From positions 41,573 through 105,572 of the forward strand of contig CAYSJW010000015.1 in assembly GCA_964431555.1 (NCBI GenBank): a stretch of DNA of 64,000 nt, written 5' to 3'. Both the position numbers and the translations under genes were made by a program. Position 1 is the first letter of the stretch. Every line of letters starts with the position of its first letter. Positions 9,865 through 19,341 of the stretch are shown here, in pieces. The stretch is from an uncultured Gammaproteobacteria bacterium. Lineage in GTDB: Bacteria > Patescibacteriota > Microgenomatia > UBA8517. Below the pieces are notes generated by a model. That model had not been told where the DNA came from. It ran no database searches and worked only from the letters and a program-made list of their open reading frames with translations.

Positions 9865-10947
9865 CTATAACTTTTTATAAACTCCCCCACCAATATTCCT
9901 AACCATACCTTTTATTTCCATGATAGTCAATTTAGATAAAACCACATCCGATGGCAAGCTAGACATTCTGACAATCTCATCTATATGTAAAGGTTCAGCT
10001 TCTAAAATAGAGATAATTTTCAATTCCTCTTCACCTTGAGGTAAAACTTCTTCCATTTGCTCATAGTTAACTTGAGCTTCCAAGCCTAATTCGCTTAATA
10101 TATCCTTTGAGGAAGTAACCAACTTTGCCCCGTTTTGAATGAGATAATGGGGCGCTTCACTCAAGACCGAAGTAATAGGTCCCGGAACAGCAAAAACCTG
10201 TTTTCCCTGCTCCGCCGCGTGCGATGCTGTATATAATGCTCCGCTATTTTTCGTTCCCTCAATTACCAATACACCTTTTGATAAACCCGAAATTATCCTG
10301 TTTCTTTCAGGAAAATCAACTCTAAAAACATTATGTCCTAAAGGTTTTTCTGATATTAATGCTCCGCCAGATTCAATAATTTCATTAGAAAGCCACAAAT
10401 TTCCCCTCGGCGTTATCATGTCAAGACCTGATGCCAAAACAGCTAAAGTCCTTCCTCCCGCATCTATACAAACTTTATGCGCTATAGTATCAACCCCATA
10501 CGCTAAACCCGAGACAATAGTTATTCCATACGAAACGAGTTCACTTGTTAGCTTCATAGCAACTTCTCTACCATACGATGTAACCTTTCTGCTCCCTACA
10601 ATAGCCAAAGAGTTCCTATCTGTCTTTTTTATACAACCTCTAAAATATAAAACTAAAGGTGCATCCACCAAACCTCTCAAATTTTCAGGGTATTCTTCGT
10701 CAGATTTTGTCAAATAATTAATCTTCAAATTTTCCAGTTCATCAAAATACTTCTTGATATCAAAGTTTTTTCTATAATCTAAAAAATCCTTTGAAATTTT
10801 GTCTGAAAGACCCAAATTTTTCAATTCTTCGTACCTTGCATTCCAAACTTTTTTCGCACTTTTAAAGTAATCCACCAAAAGAGAAGTCCTTTTTGGACCG
10901 AAGTGTGGATAAGAATAAATAAGCACCAAATATTCTCTTTCTGTCAT
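9865..10947 (-). CDS. dprA: DNA processing protein DprA/Smf
   Basis: LAIVGSR..TSYG...IVSGLAYGVDTIAH...GRTLAVLASGLD motif block, adjacent to topA as usual. Confidence 0.85.
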   Translation of the reverse strand: MTEREYLVLIYSYPHFGPKRTSLLVDYFKSAKKVWNARYEELKNLGLSDKISKDFLDYRKNFDIKKYFDELENLKINYLTKSDEEYPENLRGLVDAPLVLYFRGCIKKTDRNSLAIVGSRKVTSYGREVAMKLTSELVSYGITIVSGLAYGVDTIAHKVCIDAGGRTLAVLASGLDMITPRGNLWLSNEIIESGGALISEKPLGHNVFRVDFPERNRIISGLSKGVLVIEGTKNSGALYTASHAAEQGKQVFAVPGPITSVLSEAPHYLIQNGAKLVTSSKDILSELGLEAQVNYEQMEEVLPQGEEELKIISILEAEPLHIDEIVRMSSLPSDVVLSKLTIMEIKGMVRNIGGGVYKKL

Positions 10948-11075
10948 TTAGTCTTTATTTTTATATACCAAATTTTATAACCAAAAATTACTAAATTTTC
11001 TCATTCCTATTATCAAAAATATTACCATCATTAAAACAAGGGATCTATTATCTGAAGACAATTTTTAAATAAAAA

Positions 11076-12662
11076 TTAACGACTAAAATAATAATCAAAA
11101 ATAGCCCTTGCAATAGGACCTGCGACTTTTGAACCTTCTCCTGCATTTTCTATAAGAACAGTTGCAATAATTTCCGGATTTTCTGCCGGAGCAAAAACTG
11201 TAAACCAGGCGTGGGGATCCTTGCCTTCATTTTCCGCAGTACCTGTTTTGCAAGCAACATTTAAACCGGTCTTTTCTTGAAAATCAAAAAAAGTATAACC
11301 AGTCCCCCCTGACGAGCAAGCTCCCTTCATACCATCAACTATCAATTTTAGATTTTCTCTATTCACGCTTAAATCCTTACATTCTCCTTCACCCACTAAT
11401 CTAGGTTTACAAAGTTTACCTGTCGCAATGGCGGATATATATCTATTAATCGCCAATGGCGTCAAAGCTAAATCACCTTGACCTATTGAAATATGATAAG
11501 TATTCCCCAAAAACCAACGTTCACCTTTAACCTTCATCTTCCATTCCGGAGATGGAACCAAACCCTCAACCTCACCCGGAAGATCAATTCCTGATTTTTT
11601 ATTTAATCCCAGTTCATCTGACCATTCAACAATAGATTTAATTCCGGCAAGTTCTCCGATTTTATAAAAAAAAGTATCCGTTGAACGGGATAAGGCTTTA
11701 ACCAATCCTATCTCTCCCTCAACACCCCCATATTGTGTAAAATACCAATTTTTATAACTGAAATTGCCATATAGTGTTTTAATAACTATCTGACCTTCGT
11801 CTTTATATCTATAATTTTTATCTATCACTCCCTCCTCTAATGAAGCTAAAGCAACCAAAGGTTTAAAAACACTTCCAGGATGAAATAAACCCCCTATTAC
11901 CCTATTAAACAAAGGCAATTTTGAATCTTCCAAAATATTTTTTCTTTGATCGGATTTTTCTGAATCCACAAAAACATTCGGGTCATAAGAGGGGGACGAA
12001 ACCAAACTTAAAACTTCTCCATTTGGTCTAGTAATAATTACCGAAGCCTTCCTGTCCTTTACCAGATCATACACCTTCAACTGAAGGCCATAATCTATAT
12101 GAATATAAATATTTTCCCCATCTTTCGCCTCTCTTTTTCCCAAAACCTTAGGATTTTTGCCAAAAGCATCCACTTCAATCAATTCTTCACCGTTTACACC
12201 AGAAAGAAGGCATTCATAAAATTCCTCCAAACCTCCTCTTCCTATTAAAGAACCGATAACCTTCGGTCCTTTTTCCGGACAATCACCTAATACTTTACCC
12301 AACTCATCAGAGGAAACTTCACCAAGATAACCAGTCAAATGTGCAAACGCCTCCCCTCGGGGGTATACTCTTTTCCAGGGAATAATTAATTTTGTTTCAC
12401 TTAGTCTATCGCTTAAATAATTTGAATCCTCTAATTGGTTATCAACTAGTATTTCTCCTCCTCTCGCAATTATCTTTCCCCTTTTTGCCAAAATCGGAAT
12501 TCTTCTGATTCTATTTTCATCGGATAATGACCGGTAATAATTACCTTTTATTACCGTCAATTCTATAAGTCTTGCGAAAAGAATTAGAAAAAATACAGTT
12601 AATACCCCATACAAAAACCAAACAAACCAACTTTGCCTTTTATTTATAATCGCTTCCTCCAT
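11076..12662 (-). CDS. mrdA: penicillin-binding protein 2-type transpeptidase
   Basis: N-terminal TM segment, SxxK motif (GSVFKP), and a transpeptidase-domain KTGTA-like motif (CKTGTAE). Located just downstream of mreB. Confidence 0.8.
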   Translation of the reverse strand: MEEAIINKRQSWFVWFLYGVLTVFFLILFARLIELTVIKGNYYRSLSDENRIRRIPILAKRGKIIARGGEILVDNQLEDSNYLSDRLSETKLIIPWKRVYPRGEAFAHLTGYLGEVSSDELGKVLGDCPEKGPKVIGSLIGRGGLEEFYECLLSGVNGEELIEVDAFGKNPKVLGKREAKDGENIYIHIDYGLQLKVYDLVKDRKASVIITRPNGEVLSLVSSPSYDPNVFVDSEKSDQRKNILEDSKLPLFNRVIGGLFHPGSVFKPLVALASLEEGVIDKNYRYKDEGQIVIKTLYGNFSYKNWYFTQYGGVEGEIGLVKALSRSTDTFFYKIGELAGIKSIVEWSDELGLNKKSGIDLPGEVEGLVPSPEWKMKVKGERWFLGNTYHISIGQGDLALTPLAINRYISAIATGKLCKPRLVGEGECKDLSVNRENLKLIVDGMKGACSSGGTGYTFFDFQEKTGLNVACKTGTAENEGKDPHAWFTVFAPAENPEIIATVLIENAGEGSKVAGPIARAIFDYYFSR

Positions 12663-12682
12663 TAAAAATAAAAAAACTCAAG

Positions 12683-13699
12683 CTAAATTCCAAACTGTAT
12701 TTTATCTAGAAGTGAACGATCATCCAAAAGTTTTCCAGTTCCTCTCACAACACAAGTTAAGGGGTCATCAGTGACAACCACAGGCATTTTTGTTGCCTCC
12801 GAAATTACCTTATCTATACCTGGAAGCAATGACCCCCCTCCTGCAAGGTAAATTCCCCTTTGCATTATATCCGCAACCAACTCTGGCGGAGTTTCCTCCA
12901 AAGTTTCTGTAATGTTTCTAACTATTTCCTGAATTGTTTCAGAAAGCGCCTCTCTAACCTCACCACTTGATATTTTTACCGACTTTGGCAAACCCGTTTC
13001 CAAATCACGTCCCCTGACAACATAGTATTTTTCTTTTTCTCCTTCTGAACAGCTTCCGATATTAATTTTTGTTTCTTCCGCAGACGCTTCACCAATTAAA
13101 AGAGAGTATTTAAGTCTAACATAAGAGATTATAGATTCATCCATCTCACTTCCAGCCACTCTTATAGATCTGCCTACAACTGTGCCTCCTAAAGAAATTA
13201 CGGCTATCTCGGAAGTTCCACCTCCAATATCCACAATGCAAATTCCCTCCGATGATTCAACCGATAAACCAGCACCAATCGCTGCAGCCATCGGCTCCTC
13301 AACCAAATAAACCTCTCTTGCTCCGGATGTCATAGCCGCATCAGCAACCGCCTTTCTTTCTACCTCAGTCACTCCAGAAGGTATACCTATAACCACTAAC
13401 GGTCTTGGGATTTTTGGAATAACTCCTCCAGATTCATGAATCTTTCCTATATAAAATTTAAGCATCGCAGATGTCGCATCAAAATCAGCTATAACACCAT
13501 CCTTTAAAGGCCTTACCGTTTCGATAAGTGTAGGAGATTTACCTTCCATTTTCTTGGCTGATTTTCCAATCGCCAATATCTCTTTTGTCTTTTTGTGTCT
13601 TGCAATCACAGAAGGTTCTCTTATAACTATCCCTTTATCTTTCACCCAAACCAAAGTGTTTGCAGTACCTAAGTCGATGCCAATATCATGGGAGAACAT
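12683..13699 (-). CDS. mreB: rod shape-determining protein MreB
   Basis: DIGIDLGTANTL, actin-fold phosphate-binding and DIGGGTSE-like motifs. The likely start is the internal Met (MFSHDIGID); the ORF extends to 13759. Confidence 0.9.
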   Translation of the reverse strand: MFSHDIGIDLGTANTLVWVKDKGIVIREPSVIARHKKTKEILAIGKSAKKMEGKSPTLIETVRPLKDGVIADFDATSAMLKFYIGKIHESGGVIPKIPRPLVVIGIPSGVTEVERKAVADAAMTSGAREVYLVEEPMAAAIGAGLSVESSEGICIVDIGGGTSEIAVISLGGTVVGRSIRVAGSEMDESIISYVRLKYSLLIGEASAEETKINIGSCSEGEKEKYYVVRGRDLETGLPKSVKISSGEVREALSETIQEIVRNITETLEETPPELVADIMQRGIYLAGGGSLLPGIDKVISEATKMPVVVTDDPLTCVVRGTGKLLDDRSLLDKIQFGI

Positions 13700-13834
13700 A
13701 CCCAAAAATCTATTCAAAGAAACATTTTTTAACAATCTTTTTATTTTTTTAAATTTCATCCTTTTTTAAAGTATCCCTTCGCCAGTATAATAATTTATTG
13801 CGAAGTTGCAAATATCAAAATTTTTAATCTTTAT

Positions 13835-15952
13835 ATGATTAAAACCATAGACAAAATCATAGCATACTCGTTTTATCTTCTCTTTTTTCTCGTACCCTTG
13901 GTTCTTTATTCTAAAACATCGGAAGTTTTTGAATTCAACAAAATGGTTTTAACCTATATTTTAACATCGATAATTACATTTTTTTGGATAGCTAAAATGA
14001 TACTTTCCAAAAAAATTTTATTCAAAAAAACCATAATCGACAAATTCCTGATTATCTTTCTAATTTCGCAGTTTCTCTCTACCCTATTTTCAATCGATAA
14101 AAGGACATCGCTGTTGGGGTATTATTCCCGCTTCCATGGAGGATTAGCTTCAACAATAACTTACACCCTTTTATACTGGGCTTATGTATCCAATATGAAC
14201 TACCAGAAAACAAAAAAAGTGCTTCTTTTACTCTTATCTTCAGCCTCAATAGTCTCCATTTGGGCAATTTTTGAACACTTTGGAAAGTCATTCAGCTGTC
14301 TGATTTTTCCAGAATTCGGAAAGTTCGATGTCTCATGTTGGGTTCAGGACGTGCAAAACAGAGTCTATGCCACATTTGGCCAGCCTAATTGGCTTGCAGC
14401 CTGGATAATCACTTTAATACCAATTTCATGGTCCTATTTTCTAACTACAAAAGACAGATCGATTAAAAAATATTTCTGGCTTTTACTTTCGATTATATTT
14501 TTTATAACTCTTCTTTATACAAAATCCCGTTCTGGAATATTAGGTTTCACAGCTATGGCAATCACCTACTTTGGCTTTTTAATATACCAAACAAAAGCCA
14601 TCAAAAAACCTGCTTCCAGACTAGCAATGCCTCTTGCCCTAATAATATCTCCACTTATTTTTTTCTCTTTCACCATAGAAACTCCCTGGCTAGAAAGTTT
14701 CCGACAAATTTTAAAAATAAATCAAAAAGGAAATACAATCCAAGAAAACAAATATCAATCCCCCGCTCTTGAAGTAGGAGGAACAGAATCAGGAAAAATT
14801 AGAAAAATAGTTTGGAAAGGAGCCATTGAAATATGGAAAGACAATCCCCTTTTTGGATCTGGTGTTGAAACTTTTGCCTTTTCCTACTATAAACACCGCC
14901 CCGTAGAACACAACCTAGTTTCTGAATGGAACTATCTTTATAACAAAGCTCACAATGAATATTTAAACTTTGCAGCAACTACAGGGAGCGTAGGCTTATT
15001 ATCCTATCTTCTTCTCATAGGCTCTATGATTTTTCTTTTTTTTAAAGAATATCAAAAATCAATTACTTCCCAAGACAAAGAAAGTCCTTTTTTTGTTCTA
15101 GCATTTTTTGCCGGCTTTATCAGTATACTTGTTACCAATTTCTTCGGTTTTTCAGTAGTCCCAGTAGCCATTCAATTTTTCCTTCTACCTTCAATTGCAG
15201 TTTCTTTTAATTCCAACAAACAAGATGAAACACTTTTAAAAGAAAGGCACGAAAAACCAACAAATTCGCAAATAATAATGCTAACTTTAGCTCTTCTAAC
15301 CTTAATTTATTTACTTTTTTCCATAGGAAAATACTGGAAAGCTGACTGCCTATACGCTAAAGGAAAATTAGAAAACGATTCAAAGCTTTATACTAATTCC
15401 ATCAACACCTTACTGAAAGCTATTAAATTATCCCCAAATGAAGCTATCTTTTGGGACGAACTAGCCAGCTCAACAGGCTCACTTGCCATACTTTTCCATG
15501 AAAATAATGACCCCTCAACAGCCAATCAACTTGCTAAAAAGGCACTTGATCAATCAAACAAAGCGGTATCTCTCTCCCCTTTCAACATTATTCTCAAAAG
15601 ATCAAGAGTACAAATCCTCGCAAACCTCACTCCCATTGATTCAAACTACCTACAAATGGCAAAAAATACTTTAATAGAAACTTCAAAACTTGCCCCAACG
15701 GACGCAAATATTTTTTACAACCTCGCGATAATTTACTTTAAAACTGGGGAAATACAAGAATCAATTGAAATACTTAAAAAAACACTAAATTTAAAACCAA
15801 ATTATAAGGAAGCGCGGCTAGCTTTAGCCCATTATTATGCCGGAATAAACGATATTGAATCAGCCAAAAATGAATTTAAATACATCCTCGATAATATTGG
15901 CTACGATGTTGAAGTAGAAAGCGAGCTTTCAAAACTAGAGAATCAAAGATAA
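13835..15952 (+). CDS. polytopic membrane protein with O-antigen ligase (Wzy_C)-like domain and C-terminal TPR repeats
   Basis: More than 10 predicted TM segments and an HNEYLN...TG motif typical of O-antigen ligase. The C-terminal ~200 aa carry TPR-like repeats (ANIFYNLAIIYFKTGEIQESIEILKK...). Confidence 0.65.
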   Translation: MIKTIDKIIAYSFYLLFFLVPLVLYSKTSEVFEFNKMVLTYILTSIITFFWIAKMILSKKILFKKTIIDKFLIIFLISQFLSTLFSIDKRTSLLGYYSRFHGGLASTITYTLLYWAYVSNMNYQKTKKVLLLLLSSASIVSIWAIFEHFGKSFSCLIFPEFGKFDVSCWVQDVQNRVYATFGQPNWLAAWIITLIPISWSYFLTTKDRSIKKYFWLLLSIIFFITLLYTKSRSGILGFTAMAITYFGFLIYQTKAIKKPASRLAMPLALIISPLIFFSFTIETPWLESFRQILKINQKGNTIQENKYQSPALEVGGTESGKIRKIVWKGAIEIWKDNPLFGSGVETFAFSYYKHRPVEHNLVSEWNYLYNKAHNEYLNFAATTGSVGLLSYLLLIGSMIFLFFKEYQKSITSQDKESPFFVLAFFAGFISILVTNFFGFSVVPVAIQFFLLPSIAVSFNSNKQDETLLKERHEKPTNSQIIMLTLALLTLIYLLFSIGKYWKADCLYAKGKLENDSKLYTNSINTLLKAIKLSPNEAIFWDELASSTGSLAILFHENNDPSTANQLAKKALDQSNKAVSLSPFNIILKRSRVQILANLTPIDSNYLQMAKNTLIETSKLAPTDANIFYNLAIIYFKTGEIQESIEILKKTLNLKPNYKEARLALAHYYAGINDIESAKNEFKYILDNIGYDVEVESELSKLENQR

Positions 15953-15986
15953 AATATTTTAGATTTGGTATAATCCCTTCATCAAT

Positions 15987-16514
15987 ATGATTAGAGAAAT
16001 TCTAGACGCACAAAACCCACTGCTTAGAAGAAAATCAAAACCCATTAGTAAAATCGACAAAAAAGTTTTGTCCTTAATGCAAGATCTAATAGACACTATT
16101 AAAGCTCAAACTGATCCTGAAGGTGTTGGCTTGGCAGCCCCACAAATAGGAAAAAATGTCCAGATGTTTGTCATCAAACCACAAAAAAACATAAGAGTAT
16201 TTATAAACCCAAAGATAATAAAAGTCTATAATACAAAATCCAAGGAAAAAATAGACCCAAGAAAAAAAATAATGGAAGGTTGTCTATCCCTACCCAACTA
16301 TTACTCGCCCATAAAAAGAGCCTTTAAAGTAAGGCTCAAATACATTGACTTTGATGGCAAAGAAAAAATCGAAAATTTCAGCGGAATTGAGGCACAAATA
16401 ATTCAGCACGAAATAGACCATCTTAACGGAAAACTTTTTATTGACGTGATTTTAGAACAGAAAAAACCTTTATACGAATACCTAAACGGAGAATGGGAAA
16501 AAGTGGAAATCTAA
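15987..16514 (+). CDS. def: peptide deformylase Def
   Basis: GVGLAAPQIG, EGCLS and QHEIDHLNG motifs. Confidence 0.9.
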   Translation: MIREILDAQNPLLRRKSKPISKIDKKVLSLMQDLIDTIKAQTDPEGVGLAAPQIGKNVQMFVIKPQKNIRVFINPKIIKVYNTKSKEKIDPRKKIMEGCLSLPNYYSPIKRAFKVRLKYIDFDGKEKIENFSGIEAQIIQHEIDHLNGKLFIDVILEQKKPLYEYLNGEWEKVEI

Positions 16515-16579
16515 GCTGTTGAAGTTAGTCAATCAAATGAATATATTTAACTCGATAAGTTAAAAAATATAAAGCCATT

Positions 16580-17557
16580 ATGTCAGATAAAAGCATAAGT
16601 TTAATTTTTTTTGGCACACCTTATTATGTTTTACCTATATTAGAAATCCTTCATAAAGAATTCAAATCAAAGTTCGGAGAATCTCCAATAAAAGCTGTCG
16701 TAACCCAAGCTCCCAAGCCATCTGGCCGCAAGAAAGAAATCACCTACTCCCCAGTTGATACTTTCGCACACAAAAGGGGTATCGCAAAATTCTATAACCC
16801 CCAGGATATCATAAAAAACAAAATTCGCGCGGATTTGGGAGTACTAGCTTCTTTCGGAAAAATCATACCAGTTGAGGTAACTAATTGGTTTCAATTTGGG
16901 ATCTTAAATGTTCATCCATCCCTTCTTCCTTTGTGGCGCGGCGCATCGCCGGTTCAGGCAACCATAATTTCAGAAAGCCCGGCAGGAGTAAGTATCATCA
17001 AGCTAGATGAAAAACTGGATCACGGACCAATAGTAACCCAATTTAAAGACGAAATTTTACCTGATGACACAAGCGAAACACTACGAAATCGTCTTTTTGA
17101 AAGGTCGGCTCAAGTTTTATTAACTCTTATTCCTGCATATTTGTCAGGAAAAATAAAATTACTGGAGCAAGATCACAAAAAAGCAACCTATACTCGCGAA
17201 ATCAAAAAGGAAGATGCTTTCATTCCGACTAAATATATCAAAAACACCCTTCAAGGAGTGTCTTCAAATGAAAAGTGGGAACTTTCCTTCATGAACAATT
17301 ATTGCCTAGTACCTAATGCAAATAATCTAAATAATTTCATTCGTGCCATGCAACCTTGGCCTGTTGCTTGGACAGAAATAAAGTTAATGGTTAATGGCCA
17401 GTGGTCGAAAAAAAGATTGAAGATACTCAAAACACACCTCGAACCACCAACTATTAAAAATCAACTATTAGCTATCGACACCGTCCAGCTTGAAGGTAAA
17501 AATCCTGTCTCATGGGACCAGTTTAGGGTGGGACATCCAGAAGCTAACCTCTCCTAA
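16580..17557 (+). CDS. fmt: methionyl-tRNA formyltransferase Fmt
   Basis: ILNVHPSLLP.WRGASP motif, in a def-fmt arrangement. Confidence 0.85.
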   Translation: MSDKSISLIFFGTPYYVLPILEILHKEFKSKFGESPIKAVVTQAPKPSGRKKEITYSPVDTFAHKRGIAKFYNPQDIIKNKIRADLGVLASFGKIIPVEVTNWFQFGILNVHPSLLPLWRGASPVQATIISESPAGVSIIKLDEKLDHGPIVTQFKDEILPDDTSETLRNRLFERSAQVLLTLIPAYLSGKIKLLEQDHKKATYTREIKKEDAFIPTKYIKNTLQGVSSNEKWELSFMNNYCLVPNANNLNNFIRAMQPWPVAWTEIKLMVNGQWSKKRLKILKTHLEPPTIKNQLLAIDTVQLEGKNPVSWDQFRVGHPEANLS

Positions 17558-17615
17558 TAAAAACAACACCATTTTCAAACGCTATTCGATCGGTTTTCAT
17601 TTCTAATAAAAAAAC

Positions 17616-17867
17616 TCAAACAAGACGAATGCTCTTATATGAGCCGACCGAATTATACTTTTTAATCCTTTTGATACATTTGGCACAAAGGCGTATTTTT
17701 TTCTTTTCATTACCAATTAAAACTGTTACTCTTTGCAGATTTGGTTTAAATATTCTTGGAGTTTTAGGAGCACGATGCAACCAACGTTTTCCAGCAACAC
17801 CGCGTTTGTGCTTTTGAGAACTACCAGTTACCGATTTTTTTAAACAAATTTCACAAATATAACTCAT
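17616..17867 (-). CDS. rpmB: 50S ribosomal protein L28
   Basis: MSYICEIC...GKR...H..KTPR.FKPNLQ...C.KC pattern. The start is taken at the internal Met; the ORF extends to 17888. Confidence 0.8.
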   Translation of the reverse strand: MSYICEICLKKSVTGSSQKHKRGVAGKRWLHRAPKTPRIFKPNLQRVTVLIGNEKKKIRLCAKCIKRIKKYNSVGSYKSIRLV

Positions 17868-17940
17868 GATTATGAAGCCTAATCTCAAAATGTGTTTACA
17901 AATAACTATCCCAACTTTACATTATTATTTAAGATTTTGC

Positions 17941-17963
17941 ATTTTGAGTTTTAAACTCAAAAT
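17941..17963. promoter_or_regulatory. 10-bp-arm inverted repeat (attttgagtt-tta-aactcaaaat) between the divergent rpmB and M50 protease genes
   Basis: Read directly from the sequence. It lies in a shared upstream region; a role as operator or terminator is undetermined. Confidence 0.25.
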
Positions 17964-17999
17964 ATTATACTAATAAAGAAGAAAATTATCAAAAGCAAA

Positions 18000-18644
18000 A
18001 TGACTATTCTTATTTTAATCATATCATTTTTAATCGCTATAACAATTCATGAAGCTGCTCACGCTTTTACTTCCGATCGCCTAGGTGACCCAACGGCAAA
18101 GCTAGCTGGAAGACTAACCCTTAACCCTTTGGCACATCTGGATCTTTACGGAACAATACTTTTTCCCCTTATTCTCATATTGATAGGTTCCCCCTTTGTT
18201 TTCGGCTGGGCTAAACCAGTTGGTTTTGATCCTTTTAATCTAAAAAATCCAAGAAAAGACGCCGCACTAATTTCCCTTTCCGGACCTTTGGCAAATCTTA
18301 TTTTAGCTTTTCTGCTTTCCCTTTTCTTAAGATTTGGAATAATACTTCCAAATCCCTTCTCATTTTTATATCTTCTTTTTATATCCGTAATTAGACTCAA
18401 CATAGTACTTGCAGTTTTTAATCTTATACCGATTCATCCATTGGATGGAGGAAAAATTTTTATAGGTTTACTTCCAGAAAAGGATGCCGAAGAAGCAGAT
18501 CTTTTTTTGAACCGCTATGGAAGCCTGATATTATTTTTGCTAATTTTTCCTTTTTATAATGGCGTTTCTCCTCTTCTCTTAGTCATTTCCCCTATAATAA
18601 ATTTTATCTTCAATTTGCTACTTCCATTTAGTTTTACTACCTAA
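18000..18644 (+). CDS. site-2 protease family (peptidase M50) membrane zinc metalloprotease
   Basis: HEAAHAF zinc motif, multiple TM segments and NLIPIHPLDGG. Confidence 0.75.
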   Translation: MTILILIISFLIAITIHEAAHAFTSDRLGDPTAKLAGRLTLNPLAHLDLYGTILFPLILILIGSPFVFGWAKPVGFDPFNLKNPRKDAALISLSGPLANLILAFLLSLFLRFGIILPNPFSFLYLLFISVIRLNIVLAVFNLIPIHPLDGGKIFIGLLPEKDAEEADLFLNRYGSLILFLLIFPFYNGVSPLLLVISPIINFIFNLLLPFSFTT

Positions 18645-18700
18645 CCTGATATCTTTTGACATATTTACTATAAAGAAACTTTTTTGCTAAAATAATTATG

Positions 18701-18888
18701 ACCCTGCGAAGGGGATCGGAAAAGCTTTTTCTCACCAAAAAGCACTATGGGAGTCCTTTTATAAAGGATCTGCTGAAAGAAATTTCAGTAGGAGCGAATC
18801 TCCCATCGTCCGTGGACAATGGGATGAGCTCACCCACCTGGATTCGTCCGGGAAAAATCTATTCCGTTCACCCCCCGATGCAGGGTCT
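18701..18888 (+). ncRNA. candidate structured ncRNA (GC-rich ~190-nt segment with a closing helix); identity unknown
   Basis: Local GC is about 48% against ~33% background. The 5' end gaccctgc pairs with the 3' end gcagggtc (8 bp), extended by GGGG/CCCC. An internal hairpin ctgaaa-ttt-c-tttcag is present. The overlapping 70-aa and 62-aa ORFs look non-coding. Strand uncertain. Confidence 0.3.
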
Positions 18889-19050
18889 TCAATTCGTATT
18901 TTCTTACTAAAGACAGAATTGTTCTCGTTCTCACAATTTTCATACAAAATTCTGTTATAATATTAAATACAAAAAATTAATAACGGGCTCTACCCTAAAG
19001 AATCAGAGTATTTTATAACCAATCCTAAATAAAAAATGTTGAATTGATAA

Positions 19051-19123
19051 GCCGAGATAGCTCAGCGGTTAGAGCACCTGTTTTGTAAACAGGGGGTCAA
19101 GGGTTCAAATCCCTTTCTCGGCT
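19051..19123 (+). tRNA. tRNA-Thr (anticodon TGT)
   Basis: Cloverleaf read by hand: acceptor gccgaga/tctcggc, anticodon loop tt-TGT-aa, T-arm gggttcaaatccc. Confidence 0.85.
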
Positions 19124-19144
19124 CAAAAATCCAATAAAATCTTA

Positions 19145-19229
19145 GTCAGGTTGCCGGAGTGGACAATCGGAGCAGTCTGTAAAACTGCCGCCCGGATGGG
19201 CTTCGGGGGTTCGAATCCCTCACCTGACA
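19145..19229 (+). tRNA. tRNA-Tyr (anticodon GTA), long variable arm
   Basis: Acceptor gtcaggt/acctgac, anticodon loop ct-GTA-aa, long variable arm and T-arm ggttcgaatcc. Confidence 0.85.
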
Positions 19230-19341
19230 CCTAAGAAAAGTATTTTTGAAAAGAAAAAAAATGCCTAAAAACAACCACTCTCTTAGTATACTCTTCTTCC
19301 TTTAAAAATATGCTATTCTACATAAAAATACTGAATAATTT

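Noticed and set aside
18698-18910. tmRNA, RNase P RNA or SRP RNA identity for the GC-rich segment. It contains cuggauucg, reminiscent of the tmRNA 5' D-loop mimic.
   Set aside because: No tRNA-like acceptor/T-arm (GGUUCGAnUCC) and no tag-peptide reading frame. The RNase P P4 strands (AGGAAAGUCCGGGC / ACAGAACCCGGCUUA) and the SRP GGAAG-CAGC domain IV motif are not found. It is kept only as an unclassified ncRNA candidate.
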